Translations under genes and position numbers: made by a program
The notes under the pieces: generated by a model
The model's database searches: none
What the model was told of the DNA's origin: nothing
Seen by the model: the letters and a program-made list of their open reading frames with translations, nothing else
Assembly: GCA_002269645.1 (NCBI GenBank)
Contig: NIVC01000573.1
Span: 124,001 to 188,000 of the forward strand
Length of the DNA: 64,000 nt
Direction of reading: 5' to 3'
DNA from: Macrostomum lignano
Lineage: Eukaryota
Shown here: positions 1 through 13,992 of the stretch, one piece after another
Numbering within the stretch: the first letter of the stretch is position 1
Layout: each line of letters opens with the position of its first letter

Positions 1-3000
1 GTCTGTCTCAGCCCGCTGTCTATCCCTGTCTGTCTCAGCCTGCTGTCTATCCCTGTCTGTCTCAGCCCGCTGTCTATCCCTGTCTGTCTCAGCCTGCTGT
101 CTATCCCTGTCTGTCTCAGCCCGCTGTCTATCCCTGTCTGTCTCAGCCTGCTGTCTATCCCTGTCTGTCTCAGCCTGCTGTCTATCCCTGTCTGTCTCAG
201 CCTGCTGTCTATCCCTGTCTGTCTCAGCCTGCTGTCTATCCCTGTCTGTCTCAGCCTGCTGTCTATCCCTGTCTGTCTCAGCCTGCTGTCTATCCCTGTC
301 TGTCTCAGCCTGCTGTCTATCCCTGTCTGTCTCAGCCTGCTGTCTATCCCTGTCTGTCTCAGCCCGCTGTCTATCCCTGCCTGTCTCAGCCTGCTGTCTA
401 TCCCTGTCTGTCTCAGCCTGCTGTCTATCCCTGTCTGTCTCAGCCCGCTGTCTATCCCTGTCTGTCTCAGCCTGCTGTCTATCCCTGTCTGTCTCAGCCT
501 GCTGTCTATCCCTGTCTGTTTCAGCCTGCCTGTCTCAGCCTGCTGTCTATCCCTGTCTGTCTCAGCCTGCTGTCTATCCCTGTCTGTTTCAGCCTGCCTG
601 TCTCAGCCTGCTGTCTATCCCTGTCTGTCTCAGCCCGCTGTCTATCCCTGTCTGTCTCAGCCGCTGTCTATCCCTGCCTGTCTCAGCCTGCTGTCTATCC
701 CTGTCTGTCTCAGCCTGCTGTCTATCCCTGTCTGTCTCAGCCGCTGTCTATCCCTGCCTGTCTCAGCCTGCTGTCTATCCCTGTCTGTCTCAGCCTGCTG
801 TCTATCCCTGCCTGTCTCAGCCTGCTGTCTATCCCTGTCTGTCTCAGCCTGCTGTCTATCCCTGTCTGTCTCAGCCCGCTGTCTATCCCTGCCTGTCTCA
901 GCCTGCTCTCTATCCCTGTCTGTCTCAGCCTGCTGTCTATCCCTGCCTGTCTCAGCCTGCTGTCTATCCCTGTCTGTCTCAGCCTGCTGTCTATCCCTGT
1001 CTGTCTCAGCCTGCTGTCTATCCCTGTCTGTCTCAGCCCGCTGTCTATCCCTGCCTGTCTCAGCCTGCTGTCTATCCCTGTCTGTCTCAGCCTGCAGTCT
1101 ATCCCTGTCTGTCTCAGCCCGCTGTCTATCCCTGCCTGTCTCAGCCCGCTGTCTATCCCTGTCTGTCTCAGCCTGCTGTCTATCCCTGTCTGTCTCAGCC
1201 TGCTGTCTATCCCTGTCTGTCTCAGCCTGCTGTCTATCCCTGTCTGTCTCAGCCTGCTGTCTATCCCTGCCTGTCTCAGCCTGCTGTCTATCCCTGTCTG
1301 TCTCAGCCTGCTGTCTATCCCTGTCTGTCTCAGCCTGCTGTCTATCCCTGTCTGTCTCAGCCCGCTGTCTATCCCTGTCTGTCTCAGCCTGCTGTCTATC
1401 CCTGTCTGTCTCAGCCCGCTGTCTATCCCTGCCTGTCTCAGCCTGCTGTCTATCCCTGTCTGTCTCAGCCGCTGTCTATCCCTGTCTGTCTCAGCCTGCT
1501 GTCTATCCCTGTCTGTCTCAGCCTGCTGTCTATCCCTGTCTGTCTCAGCCTGCTGTCTATCCCTGTCTGTCTCAGCCTGCTGTCTATCCCTGTCTGTCTC
1601 AGCCTGCTGTCTATCCCTGTCTGTCTCAGCCTGCTGTCTATCCCTGTCTGTCTCAGCCTGCTGTCTATCCCTGTCTGTCTCAGCCTGCTGTCTATCCCTG
1701 TCTGTCTCAGCCTGCTGTCTATCCCTGTCTGTCTCAGCCGCTGTCTATCCCTGCCTGTCTCAGCCTGCTGTCTATCCCTGTCTGTCTCAGCCTGCTGTCT
1801 ATCCCTGTCTGTCTCAGCCCGCTGTCTATCCCTGCCTGTCTCAGCCTGCTGTCTATCCCTGTCTGTCTCAGCCTGCTGTCTATCCCTGTCTGTCTCAGCC
1901 TGCTGTCTATCCCTGTCTGTCTCAGCCTGCTGTCTATCCCTGTCTGTCTCAGCCTGCTGTCTATCCCTGTCTGTCTCAGTCTGCTGTCTATCCCTGTCTG
2001 TCTCAGCCCGCTGTCTATCCCTGCCTGTCTCAGCCCGCTGTCTATCCCTGTCTGTCTCAGCCTGCTGTCTATCCCTGTCTGTCTCAGCCTGCTGTCTATC
2101 CCTGTCTGTCTCAGCCTGCTGTCTATCCCTGTCTGTCTCAGCCTGCTGTCTATCCCTGCCTGTCTCAGCCTGCTGTCTATCCCTGTCTGTCTCAGCCCGC
2201 TGTCTATCCCTGCCTGTCTCAGCCTGCTGTCTATCCCTGTCTGTCTCAGCCTGCTGTCTATCCCTGTCTGTCTCAGCCTGCTGTCTATCCCTGTCTGTCT
2301 CAGCCTGCTGTCTATCCCTGCCTGTCTCAGCCTGCTGTCTATCCCTGCCTGTCTCAGCCTGCTGTCTATCCCTGTCTGTCTCAGCCTGCTGTCTATCCCT
2401 GTCTGTCTCAGCCTGCTGTCTATCCCTGTCTGTCTCAGCCCGCTGTCTATCCCTGCCTGTCTCAGCCTGCTGTCTATCCCTGTCTGTCTCAGCCTGCTGT
2501 CTATCCCTGTCTGTCTCAGCCGCTGTCTATCCCTGCCTGTCTCAGCCGCTGTCTATCCCTGTCTGTCTCAGCCTGCTGTCTATCCCTGTCTGTCTCAGCC
2601 TGCTGTCTATCCCTGTCTGTCTCAGCCTGCTGTCTATCCCTGTCTGTCTCAGCCCGCTGTCTATCCCTGCCTGTCTCAGCCTGCTGTCTATCCCTGTCTG
2701 TCTCAGCCTGCTGTCTATCCCTGTCTGTCTCAGCCGCTGTCTATCCCTGTCTGTCTCAGCCTGCTGTCTATCCCTGTCTGTCTCAGCCCGCTGTCTATCC
2801 CTGTCTGTCTCAGCCTGCTGTCTATCCCTGTCTGTCTCAGCCTGCTGTCTATCCCTGTCTGTCTCAGCCTGCTGTCTATCCCTGTCTGTCTCAGCCTGCT
2901 GTCTATCCCTGTCTGTCTCAGCCTGCTGTCTATCCCTGTCTGTCTCAGCCTGCTGTCTATCCCTGTCTGTCTCAGCCTGCTGTCTATCCCTGTCTGTCTC

Positions 3001-6000
3001 AGCCTGCTGTCTATCCCTGTCTGTCTCAGCCCGCTGTCTATCCCTGCCTGTCTCAGCCTGCTGTCTATCCCTGTCTGTCTCAGCCTGCTGTCTATCCCTG
3101 TCTGTCTCAGCCCGCTGTCTATCCCTGCTGTCTCAGCCTGCTGTCTATCCCTGTCTGTCTCAGCCTGCTGTCTATCCCTGTCTGTCTCAGCCTGCTGTCT
3201 ATCCCTGTCTGTCTCAGCCTGCTGTCTATCCCTGTCTGTCTCAGCCGCTGTCTATCCCTGCCTGTCTCAGCCTGCTGTCTATCCCTGTCTGTCTCAGCCT
3301 GCTGTCTATCCCTGTCTGTCTCAGCCTGCTGTCTATCCCTGTCTGTCTCAGCCGCTGTCTATCCCTGCCTGTCTCAGCCTGCTGTCTATCCCTGTCTGTC
3401 TCAGCCTGCTGTCTATCCCTGTCTGTCTCAGCCTGCTGTCTATCCCTGTCTGTTTCAGCCTGCCTGTCTCAGCCTGCTGTCTATCCCTGTCTGTCTCAGC
3501 CTGCTGTCTATCCCTGTCTGTTTCAGCCTGCCTGTCTCAGCCTGCTGTCTATCCCTGTCTGTCTCAGCCTGCCTGTCTCAGCCTGCTGTCTATCCCTGTC
3601 TGTCTCAGCCCGCCTTTCTCAACCTGCTGTCAGCCTGTCTGTCTCAGCCTGCTGTCTATCCCTGCCTGTCTCAGCCCGCTGTCTATCCCTGTCTGTCTCA
3701 GCCTGCTGTCTATCCCTGTCTGTCTCAGCCCGCTGTCTATCCCTGCCTGTCTCAGCCTGCTGTCTATCCCTGTCTGTCTCAGCCTGCTGTCTATCCCTGT
3801 CTGTCTCAGCCTGCCTGTCTCAGCCTACTGTCTATCCCTGTCTGTCTCAGCCTGCCTGTCTCAGCCTGCTGTCTATCCCTGTCTGTCTCAGCCTGCTGTC
3901 TATCCCTGCCTGTCTCAGCCCGCTGTCTATCCCTGCCTGTCTCAGCCTACCTGTTTCAGCCTGCTGTCTATCCCTGCCTGTCTCAGCCCGCTGTCTATCC
4001 CTGTCTGTCTCAGCCTGCTGTCTATCCCTGTCTGTCTCAGCCGCTGTCTATCCCTGCCTGTCTCAGCCCGCTGTCTATCCCTGCCTGTCTCAGCCTGCTG
4101 TCTATCCCTGTCTGTCTCAGCCTGCCTGTCTCAGCCTGCTGTCTATCCCTGTCTGTCTCAGCCTGCTGTCTATCCCTGCCTGTCTCAGCCCGCTGTCTAT
4201 CCCTGCCTGTCTCAGCCTACCTGTTTCAGCCTGCTGTCTATCCCTGTCTGTCTCAACCTGCCTGTCTCAGCCTACTGTCTATCCCTGTCTGTCTCAGCCT
4301 GCCTGTCTCAGCCTGCTGTCTATCCCTGTCTGTCTCAACCTGCTGTCAGCCTGTCTGTCTCAGCCTGCTGTCTATCCCTGTCTGTCTCAGCCTGCCTGTC
4401 TCAGCCTGCTGTCTATCCCTGTCTGTCTCAGCCTGCTGTCTATCCCTGCCTGTCTCAGCCTACCTGTTTCAGCCTGCCGTCTATCCCTGCCTGTCTCAGC
4501 CTGCCTGTCTCAGCCTACCTGTCTCAGCCTACTTGTTTCAGCTTGCTGTCTATCCCTGCCTGTCTCAGCCCGCTGTCTATCCCTGCCTGTCTCAGCCCGC
4601 TGTCTATCCCTGCCTGTCTCAGCCTGCTGTCTATCCCTGTCTGTCTCAGCCTGCTGTCTATCCCTGTCTGTCTCAGCCTGCCTGTCTCAGCCTACTGTCT
4701 ATCCCTGTCTGTCTCAGCCTGCTGTCTATCCCTGCCTGTCTCAGCCCGCTGTCTATCCCTGCCTGTCTCAGCCCGCTGTCTATCCCTGCCTGTCTCAGCC
4801 CGCTGTCTATCCCTGTCTGTCTCAGCCCGCTGTCTATCCCTGTCTGTCTCAGCCGCTGTCTATCCCTGTCTGTCTCAGCCTGCTGTCTATCCCTGCCTGT
4901 TTCAGCCCGCTGTCTATCCCTGTCTGTCTCAGCCTGCTGTCTATCCCTGTCTGTCTCAGCCTGCTGTCTATCCCTGTCTGTCTCAGCCCGCTGTCTATCC
5001 CTGTCTGTCTCAGCCCGCTGTCTATCCCTGTCTGTCTCAGCCCGCTGTCTATCACTGCCTGTCTCAGCCCGCTGTCTATCCCTGTCTGTCTCAGCCTGCC
5101 TGTCTCAGCCTACCTGTCTCAGCCTACCTGTTTCAGCCTGCCTGTCTCAACCTGCTGTCAGCCTGTCTGTCTCAGCCTGCTGTCTATCCCTGCCTGTCTC
5201 AGCCTGCTGTCTATACCTGCCTGTCTCAGCCTGCTGTCTATCCCTGTCTGTCTCAGCCTGCTGTCTATCCCTGTCTGTCTCAACCTGCTGTCTATCCCTG
5301 TCTGTCTCAGCCTGCTGTCTATCCCTGTCTGTCTCAGCCCGCTGTCTATCCCTGCCTGTCTCAGCCTGCTGTCTATCCCTGTCTGTCTCAGCCTGCTGTC
5401 TATCCCTGTCTGTCTCAGCCTGCTGTCTATCCCTGTCTGTCTCAGCCCGCTGTCTATCCCTGCCTGTCTCAGCCTGCTGTCTATCCCTGTCTGTCTCAGC
5501 CTGCTGTCTATCCCTGTCTGTCTCAGCCTGCTGTCTATCCCTGTCTGTTTCAGCCTGCCTGTCTCAGCCTGCTGTCTATCCCTGTCTGTCTCAGCCTGCT
5601 GTCTATCCCTGTCTGTCTCAGCCCGCTGTCTATCCCTGCCTGTCTCAGCCTGCTGTCTATCCCTGTCTGTCTCAGCCTGCTGTCTATCCCTGTCTGTCTC
5701 AGCCTGCTGTCTATCCCTGTCTGTTTCAGCCTGCCTGTCTCAGCCTGCTGTCTATCCCTGTCTGTCTCAGCCTGCTGTCTATCCCTGTCTGTTTCAGCCT
5801 GCCTGTCTCAGCCTGCTGTCTATCCCTGTCTGTCTCAGCCTGCCTGTCTCAGCCTGCTGTCTATCCCTGTCTGTCTCAGCCCGCCTTTCTCAACCTGCTG
5901 TCAGCCTGTCTGTCTCAGCCTGCCTGTCTATCCCTGCCTGTCTCAGCCCGCTGTCTATCCCTGTCTGTCTCAGCCTGCTGTCTATCCCTGTCTGTCTCAG

Positions 6001-9000
6001 CCCGCTGTCTATCCCTGCCTGTCTCAGCCTGCTGTCTATCCCTGTCTGTCTCAGCCTGCTGTCTATCCCTGTCTGTCTCAGCCTGCCTGTCTCAGCCTAC
6101 TGTCTATCCCTGTCTGTCTCAGCCTGCCTGTCTCAGCCTGCTGTCTATCCCTGTCTGTCTCAGCCTGCTGTCTATCCCTGCCTGTCTCAGCCCGCTGTCT
6201 ATCCCTGCCTGTCTCAGCCTACCTGTTTCAGCCTGCTGTCTATCCCTGCCTGTCTCAGCCCGCTGTCTATCCCTGTCTGTCTCAGCCTGCTGTCTATCCC
6301 TGTCTGTCTCAGCCCGCTGTCTATCCCTGCCTGTCTCAGCCCGCTGTCTATCCCTGCCTGTCTCAGCCTGCTGTCTATCCCTGTCTGTCTCAGCCTGCCT
6401 GTCTCAGCCTGCTGTCTATCCCTGTCTGTCTCAGCCTGCTGTCTATCCCTGCCTGTCTCAGCCCGCTGTCTATCCCTGCCTGTCTCAGCCTACCTGTTTC
6501 AGCCTGCTGTCTATCCCTGTCTGTCTCAACCTGCCTGTCTCAGCCTACTGTCTATCCCTGTCTGTCTCAGCCTGCCTGTCTCAGCCTGCTGTCTATCCCT
6601 GTCTGTCTCAACCTGCTGTCAGCCTGTCTGTCTCAGCCTGCTGTCTATCCCTGTCTGTCTCAGCCTGCCTGTCTCAGCCTGCTGTCTATCCCTGTCTGTC
6701 TCAGCCTGCTGTCTATCCCTGCCTGTCTCAGCCTACCTGTTTCAGCCTGCCGTCTATCCCTGCCTGTCTCAGCCTGCCTGTCTCAGCCTACCTGTCTCAG
6801 CCTACTTGTTTCAGCTTGCTGTCTATCCCTGCCTGTCTCAGCCCGCTGTCTATCCCTGCCTGTCTCAGCCCGCTGTCTATCCCTGCCTGTCTCAGCCTGC
6901 TGTCTATCCCTGTCTGTCTCAGCCTGCTGTCTATCCCTGTCTGTCTCAGCCTGCCTGTCTCAGCCTACTGTCTATCCCTGTCTGTCTCAGCCTGCTGTCT
7001 ATCCCTGCCTGTCTCAGCCCGCTGTCTATCCCTGCCTGTCTCAGCCCGCTGTCTATCCCTGCCTGTCTCAGCCCGCTGTCTATCCCTGTCTGTCTCAGCC
7101 CGCTGTCTATCCCTGTCTGTCTCAGCCCGCTGTCTATCCCTGTCTGTCTCAGCCTGCTGTCTATCCCTGCCTGTTTCAGCCCGCTGTCTATCCCTGTCTG
7201 TCTCAGCCTGCTGTCTATCCCTGTCTGTCTCAGCCTGCTGTCTATCCCTGTCTGTCTCAGCCCGCTGTCTATCCCTGTCTGTCTCAGCCCGCTGTCTATC
7301 CCTGTCTGTCTCAGCCCGCTGTCTATCACTGCCTGTCTCAGCCCGCTGTCTATCCCTGTCTGTCTCAGCCTGCCTGTCTCAGCCTACCTGTCTCAGCCTA
7401 CCTGTTTCAGCCTGCCTGTCTCAACCTGCTGTCAGCCTGTCTGTCTCAGCCTGCTGTCTATCCCTGCCTGTCTCAGCCTGCTGTCTATACCTGCCTGTCT
7501 CAGCCTGCTGTCTATCCCTGTCTGTCTCAGCCTGCTGTCTATCCCTGTCTGTCTCAACCTGCTGTCTATCCCTGTCTGTCTCAGCCTGCTGTCTATCCCT
7601 GTCTGTCTCAGCCCGCTGTCTATCCCTGCCTGTCTCAGCCTGCTGTCTATCCCTGTCTGTCTCAGCCTGCTGTCTATCCCTGTCTGTCTCAGCCTGCTGT
7701 CTATCCCTGTCTGTCTCAGCCCGCTGTCTATCCCTGCCTGTCTCAGCCTGCTGTCTATCCCTGTCTGTCTCAGCCTGCTGTCTATCCCTGTCTGTCTCAG
7801 CCTGCTGTCTATCCCTGTCTGTTTCAGCCTGCCTGTCTCAGCCTGCTGTCTATCCCTGTCTGTCTCAGCCTGCTGTCTATCCCTGTCTGTTTCAGCCTGC
7901 CTGTCTCAGCCTGCTGTCTATCCCTGTCTGTCTCAGCCTGCCTGTCTCAGCCTGCTGTCTATCCCTGTCTGTCTCAGCCCGCCTTTCTCAACCTGCTGTC
8001 AGCCTGTCTGTCTCAGCCTGCCTGTCTATCCCTGCCTGTCTCAGCCCGCTGTCTATCCCTGTCTGTCTCAGCCTGCTGTCTATCCCTGTCTGTCTCAGCC
8101 CGCTGTCTATCCCTGCCTGTCTCAGCCTGCTGTCTATCCCTGTCTGTCTCAGCCCGCTGTCTATCCCTGTCTGTCTCAGCCTGCCTGTCTCAGCCCGCTG
8201 TCTATCCCTGTCTGTCTCAGCCTGCCTGTCTCAGCCTGCTGTCTATCCCTGTCTGTCTCAGCCTGCTGTCTATCCCTGCCTGTCTCAGCCCGCTGTCTAT
8301 CCCTGCCTGTCTCAGCCTACCTGTTTCAGCCTGCTGTCTATCCCTGCCTGTCTCAGCCCGCTGTCTATCCCTGTCTGTCTCAGCCTGCTGTCTATCCCTG
8401 TCTGTCTCAGCCTGCTGTCTATCCCTGCCTGTCTCAGCCCGCTGTCTATCCCTGCCTGTCTCAGCCTGCTGTCTATCCCTGTCTGTCTCAGCCTGCCTGT
8501 CTCAGCCTGCTGTCTATCCCTGTCTGTCTCAGCCTGCTGTCTATCCCTGCCTGTCTCAGCCCGCTGTCTATCCCTGCCTGTCTCAGCCTACCTGTTTCAG
8601 CCTGCTGTCTATCCCTGTCTGTCTCAACCTGCCTGTCTCAGCCTACTGTCTATCCCTGTCTGTCTCAACCTGCCTGTCTCAGCCTGCTGTCTATCCCTGT
8701 CTGTCTCAACCTGCTGTCAGCCTGTCTGTCTCAGCCTGCTGTCTATCCCTGTCTGTCTCAGCCTGCCTGTCTCAGCCTGCTGTCTATCCCTGTCTGTCTC
8801 AACCTGCTGTCAGCCTGTCTGTCTCAGCCTGCTGTCTATCCCTGTCTGTCTCAGCCTGCCTGTCTCAGCCTGCTGTCTATCCCTGTCTGTCTCAGCCTGC
8901 TGTCTATCCCTGCCTGTCTCAGCCTACCTGTTTCAGCCTGCCGTCTATCCCTGCCTGTCTCAGCCTGCCTGTCTCAGCCTACCTGTCTCAGCCTACTTGT

Positions 9001-12000
9001 TTCAGCTTGCTGTCTATCCCTGCCTGTCTCAGCCCGCTGTCTATCCCTGCCTGTCTCAGCCCGCTGTCTATCCCTGCCTGTCTCAGCCTGCTGTCTATCC
9101 CTGTCTGTCTCAGCCTGCTGTCTATCCCTGTCTGTCTCAGCCTGCCTGTCTCAGCCTACTGTCTATCCCTGTCTGTCTCAGCCTGCTGTCTATCCCTGCC
9201 TGTCTCAGCCCGCTGTCTATCCCTGCCTGTCTCAGCCCGCTGTCTATCCCTGCCTGTCTCAGCCTGCTGTCTATCCCTGTCTGTCTCAGCCCGCTGTCTA
9301 TCCCTGTCTGTCTCAGCCCGCTGTCTATCCCTGTCTGTCTCAGCCTGCTGTCTATCCCTGCCTGTTTCAGCCCGCTGTCTATCCCTGTCTGTCTCAGCCT
9401 GCTGTCTATCCCTGTCTGTCTCAGCCTGCTGTCTATCCCTGTCTGTCTCAGCCCGCTGTCTATCCCTGTCTGTCTCAGCCCGCTGTCTATCCCTGCCTGT
9501 CTCAGCCTGCTGTCTATCCCTGTCTGTCTCAGCCTGCTGTCTATCCCTGTCTGTCTCAGCCTGCTGTCTATCCCTGTCTGTCTCAGCCCGCTGTCTATCC
9601 CTGCCTGTCTCAGCCTGCTGTCTATCCCTGTCTGTCTCAGCCTGCTGTCTATCCCTGTCTGTCTCAGCCTGCTGTCTATCCCTGTCTGTTTCAGCCTGCC
9701 TGTCTCAGCCTGCTGTCTATCCCTGTCTGTCTCAGCCTGCTGTCTATCCCTGTCTGTTTCAGCCTGCCTGTCTCAGCCTGCTGTCTATCCCTGTCTGTCT
9801 CAGCCTGCCTGTCTCAGCCTGCTGTCTATCCCTGTCTGTCTCAGCCCGCCTTTCTCAACCTGCTGTCAGCCTGTCTGTCTCAGCCTGCCTGTCTATCCCT
9901 GCCTGTCTCAGCCCGCTGTCTATCCCTGTCTGTCTCAGCCTGCTGTCTATCCCTGTCTGTCTCAGCCCGCTGTCTATCCCTGCCTGTCTCAGCCTGCTGT
10001 CTATCCCTGTCTGTCTCAGCCCGCTGTCTATCCCTGTCTGTCTCAGCCTGCCTGTCTCAGCCTACTGTCTATCCCTGTCTGTCTCAGCCTGCCTGTCTCA
10101 GCCTGCTGTCTATCCCTGTCTGTCTCAGCCTGCTGTCTATCCCTGCCTGTCTCAGCCCGCTGTCTATCCCTGCCTGTCTCAGCCTACCTGTTTCAGCCTG
10201 CTGTCTATCCCTGCCTGTCTCAGCCCGCTGTCTATCCCTGTCTGTCTCAGCCTGCTGTCTATCCCTGTCTGTCTCAGCCTGCTGTCTATCCCTGCCTGTC
10301 TCAGCCCGCTGTCTATCCCTGCCTGTCTCAGCCTGCTGTCTATCCCTGTCTGTCTCAGCCTGCCTGTCTCAGCCTGCTGTCTATCCCTGTCTGTCTCAGC
10401 CTGCTGTCTATCCCTGCCTGTCTCAGCCCGCTGTCTATCCCTGCCTGTCTCAGCCTACCTGTTTCAGCCTGCTGTCTATCCCTGTCTGTCTCAGCCTGCC
10501 TGTCTCAGCCTACTGTCTATCCCTGTCTGTCTCAACCTGCCTGTCTCAGCCTGCTGTCTATCCCTGTCTGTCTCAACCTGCTGTCAGCCTGTCTGTCTCA
10601 GCCTGCTGTCTATCCCTGTCTGTCTCAGCCTGCCTGTCTCAGCCTGCTGTCTATCCCTGTCTGTCTCAACCTGCTGTCAGCCTGTCTGTCTCAGCCTGCT
10701 GTCTATCCCTGTCTGTCTCAGCCTGCCTGTCTCAGCCTGCTGTCTATCCCTGTCTGTCTCAGCCTGCTGTCTCAGCCTACCTGTCTTAGCCTACTTGTTT
10801 CAGCTTGCTGTCTATCCCTGCCTGTCTCAGCCCGCTGTCTATCCCTGCCTGTCTCAGCCCGCTGTCTATCCCTGCCTGTCTCAGCCTGCTGTCTATCCCT
10901 GTCTGTCTCAGCCTGCTGTCTATCCCTGTCTGTCTCAGCCTGCCTGTCTCAGCCTACTGTCTATCCCTGTCTGTCTCAGCCTGCTGTCTATCCCTGCCTG
11001 TCTCAGCCCGCTGTCTATCCCTGCCTGTCTCAGCCCGCTGTCTATCCCTGCCTGTTTTAGCCTGCTGTCTATCCCTGTCTGTCTCAGCCTGCTGTCTATC
11101 CCTGTCTGTCTCAGCCCGCTGTCTATCCCTGTCTGTCTCAGCCTGCTGTCTATCCCTGCCTGTTTCAGCCCGCTGTCTATCCCTGTCTGTCTCAGCCTGC
11201 TGTCTATCCCTGTCTGTCTCAGCCTGCTGTCTATCCCTGTCTGTCTCAGCCCGCTGTCTATCCCTGTCTGTCTCAGCCCGCTGTCTATCCCTGTCTGTCT
11301 CAGCCCGCTGTCTATCACTGCCTGTCTCAGCCCGCTGTCTATCCCTGTCTGTCTCAGCCTGCCTGTCTCAGCCTACCTGTCTCAGCCTACCTGTTTCAGC
11401 CTGCCTGTCTCAACCTGCTGTGAGCCTGTCTGTCTCAGCCTGCTGTCTATCCCTGTCTGTCTCAGCCTGCTGTCTATCCCTGCCTGTCTCAGCCCGCTGT
11501 CTATCCCTGTCTGTCTCAGCCCGCTGTCTATCCCTGTCTGTCTCAGCCCGCTGTCTATCCCTGCCTGTCTCAGCCCGCTGTCTATCCCTGTCTGTCTCAG
11601 CCCGCTGTCTATCCCTGTCTGTCTCAGCCTGCTGTCTATCCCTGCCTGTTTCAGCCTGCTGTCTATCCCTGCCTGTCTCAGCCTGCCTGTCTCAGCCTAC
11701 CTGTCTCAGCCTACCTGTTTCAGCCTGCCTGTCTCAACCTGCTGTCAGCCTGTCTGTCTCAGCCTGCTGTCTATCCCTGCCTGTCTCAGCCTGCTGTCTA
11801 TCCCTGCCTGTCTCAGCCTGCTGTCTATCCCTGTCTGTCTCAGCCTGCTGTCTATCCCTGTCTGTCTCAACCTGCTGTCTATCCCTGTCTGTCTCAGCCT
11901 GCTGTCTATCCCTGTCTGTCTCAGCCTGCCTGTCTCAGTCTACTGTCTATCCCTGTCTGTCTCAGCCTGCCTGTCTCAGCCTACTGTCTATCCCTGTCTG

Positions 12001-12480
12001 TCTCAGCCTGTCTGTCTCAGCCTGCTGTCTATCCCTGCCTGTTTCAGCCTGCTGTCTATCCCTGCCTGTCTCAGCCTGCCTGTCTCAGCCTACCTGTCTC
12101 AGCCTACCTGTTTCAGCCTGCCTGTCTCAACCTGCTGTCAGCCTGTCTGTCTCAGCCTGCTGTCTATCCCTGCCTGTCTCAGCCTGCTGTCTATCCCTGC
12201 CTGTCTCAGCCTGCTGTCTATCCCTGTCTGTCTCAGCCTGCTGTCTATCCCTGTCTGTCTCAACCTGCTGTCTATCCCTGTCTGTCTCAGCCTGCCTGTC
12301 TCAGCCTACTGTCTATCCCTGTCTGTCTCAGCCTGCCTGTCTCAGCCTACTGTCTATCCCTGTCTGTCTCAGCCTGCCTGTCTCAGCCTACTGTCTATCC
12401 CTGTCTGTCTCAGCCTGCCTGTCTCAGCCTACCTGTCTCAGCCTACCTGTCTCAGCCTACCTGTCTATCCCTGTCTGTCT
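1..12480. repeat. 27-bp satellite/minisatellite (GTCTGTCTCAGCCTGCTGTCTATCCCT)n with 14-bp subunits and ~1.9-2.3-kb higher-order blocks; runs off the left edge
   Basis: Unit read directly (9-aa period CLSQPAVYP in ORF track). Near-homogeneous to ~3450, then a mosaic of 27- and 14-mers. Diagnostic variants recur, e.g. CGCCTTTCTCAACC at ~3611, 5882, 7980, 9847. Confidence 0.97.
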
Positions 12481-13440
12481 CTGCCCAAGTAGCCGTGGTC
12501 ATTGTGCCCCTACCCACAGGAAGCCCCAGAGCAGTTGCAGCAGAGTCCAGCAGTCAGCGCTGACTCTCAGTCCTCGCAGTGCTGCAGCCCCCCCCCCCCT
12601 TCAACCGCATTGAACAAAGCAGACCGACCGCAGGCTGCTCAGCTGAGCCGAGAATGAGAAACCGAGACAAGAGTCTGCGCAGCCTCATCTCGGCTACCCC
12701 CGCCCAGCACCCCCCTCCAACTACTATGGCCAATCGATCATCCCCATCCCCCTCATCCTCGCTGCACTACCCAGCTCACGAAGTCGCTAGGCTTATTCTT
12801 TTAATCCCTGCCTTCTCGCTTCCCCAGCAACCGTTGCCGCTTGAGTACTCACCAAAATAGGAAGTTTTCCACCTCTTCAACCTCCACAGCGACCTTCAAG
12901 GCCAGAAAGACTAGAGGTCCCCCAACCAAGCCTACGGACACCTCAGGCTCTGCAGTCTTGCTTGAGCAGTTTTTGTCACCGGCTGCCCGTGTGTAGATGC
13001 GGAAGCTGGTTACAGGTTAGGGATAGAACTAAACTTTCCCACATCATCAGTGTCCCTAAGGTGTCCCTACTGTCCTCTCAGTGCCTCAAGGTGCCCCTGT
13101 TGTTCTCTCACCCCTTCAAACCTTCACTTGTGACATAACGGATTCGAACTCATATTTTCTATAAAAGTGCGGGCCTTGTTGCCAGCCGCCGCTGTGACAA
13201 CAGGCGGCCCCCCATCGCCGCACAGCTCCAGCTTCAGCGGAACTGGGAACCAGAAAGAATTGCCGGAAGCTCCTGCAAGGGATTTGCTGTAGGCTGCAGA
13301 GTTTAGAAAGTGCAAGCTGTGGCTGGGTTCCAGCCAGCCAACCAGGCGACTCTGATAGTCTCTGCCTCTAAGAAAAACAATATTTCTTTGCCGCATGCGT
13401 CTCGGAGTAGCAACTCACTGCTAAACAAACCTGAGCAGCC

Positions 13441-13674
13441 ATGAGCTCCGCAGCCTCCGACTCGGATGAGGCAGCCAGCAAGCGACGCTCGGCCACTGTC
13501 AGAAGCCAAGTGGAAGACAAGCAGCAGAAGACGGCCAAGAAGAAAAACCACAAGAAAAAGAAGCAGAAGGACGAGCCGGAGAGGCGGGTAGCGGGCACCT
13601 CGAAGTTCAGCCACTCAGCGGCCGGGCGGGGCAACCAGCGGGACCGGGACAGCGAGGTCTGCGCGCTGCTGTGA
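13441..13674 (+). CDS. Candidate Lys/Ser-rich coding exon or small ORF of unknown function
   Basis: GC-rich ORF with GCAGCCATGAGC start context and a basic KKKNHKKKKQK tract. Possible downstream exons near 14362-14418 and 14790-14890. No recognisable domain. Confidence 0.25.
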   Translation: MSSAASDSDEAASKRRSATVRSQVEDKQQKTAKKKNHKKKKQKDEPERRVAGTSKFSHSAAGRGNQRDRDSEVCALL

Positions 13675-13863
13675 CCTCGGATAACTCCTTGGACAGTACA
13701 TGTACGAGTAGTACTACTGTTATCTTTTAATCGAACTCGTTTGAGTCTACCGTTGCTTCGGTGAAGCAATTTTCACTGACTGGAGCAACAAAAATGACCG
13801 CAGCATCGGTTTGAGACCGAGGCACCATATTTCTAATTACCTGAGATCTTGAGCATACCACAG

Positions 13864-13992
13864 TCTCCCCTGAGATTTTGAGCACATACTGTTTCTCTCC
13901 CCTGAGATTTTGAGCACACACTGCTTCTCTCCCCTGAGATTTTGAGCACACTGTTTGTCTCCCCTGAAATTTTGAGCACACCGTAGTCCCCT
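13864..13992. repeat. ~33-bp tandem repeat, about 4 copies (CTCCCCTGAGATTTTGAGCACA core)
   Basis: Direct reading of the sequence. Confidence 0.8.

Noticed and set aside
4533-12613. Very long ORFs (2175, 2649, 1327, 602 aa)
   Set aside because: All three plus frames of a stop-free 27-bp satellite. Non-ATG starts, and 14-bp and 26-bp units shift frames.
12520-12860. Possible terminal exon after the 27-bp satellite
   Set aside because: An acceptor-like CCACAG and short Gln/Ser-rich frames exist, but an 11-C run makes the frame ambiguous and nothing is recognisable.
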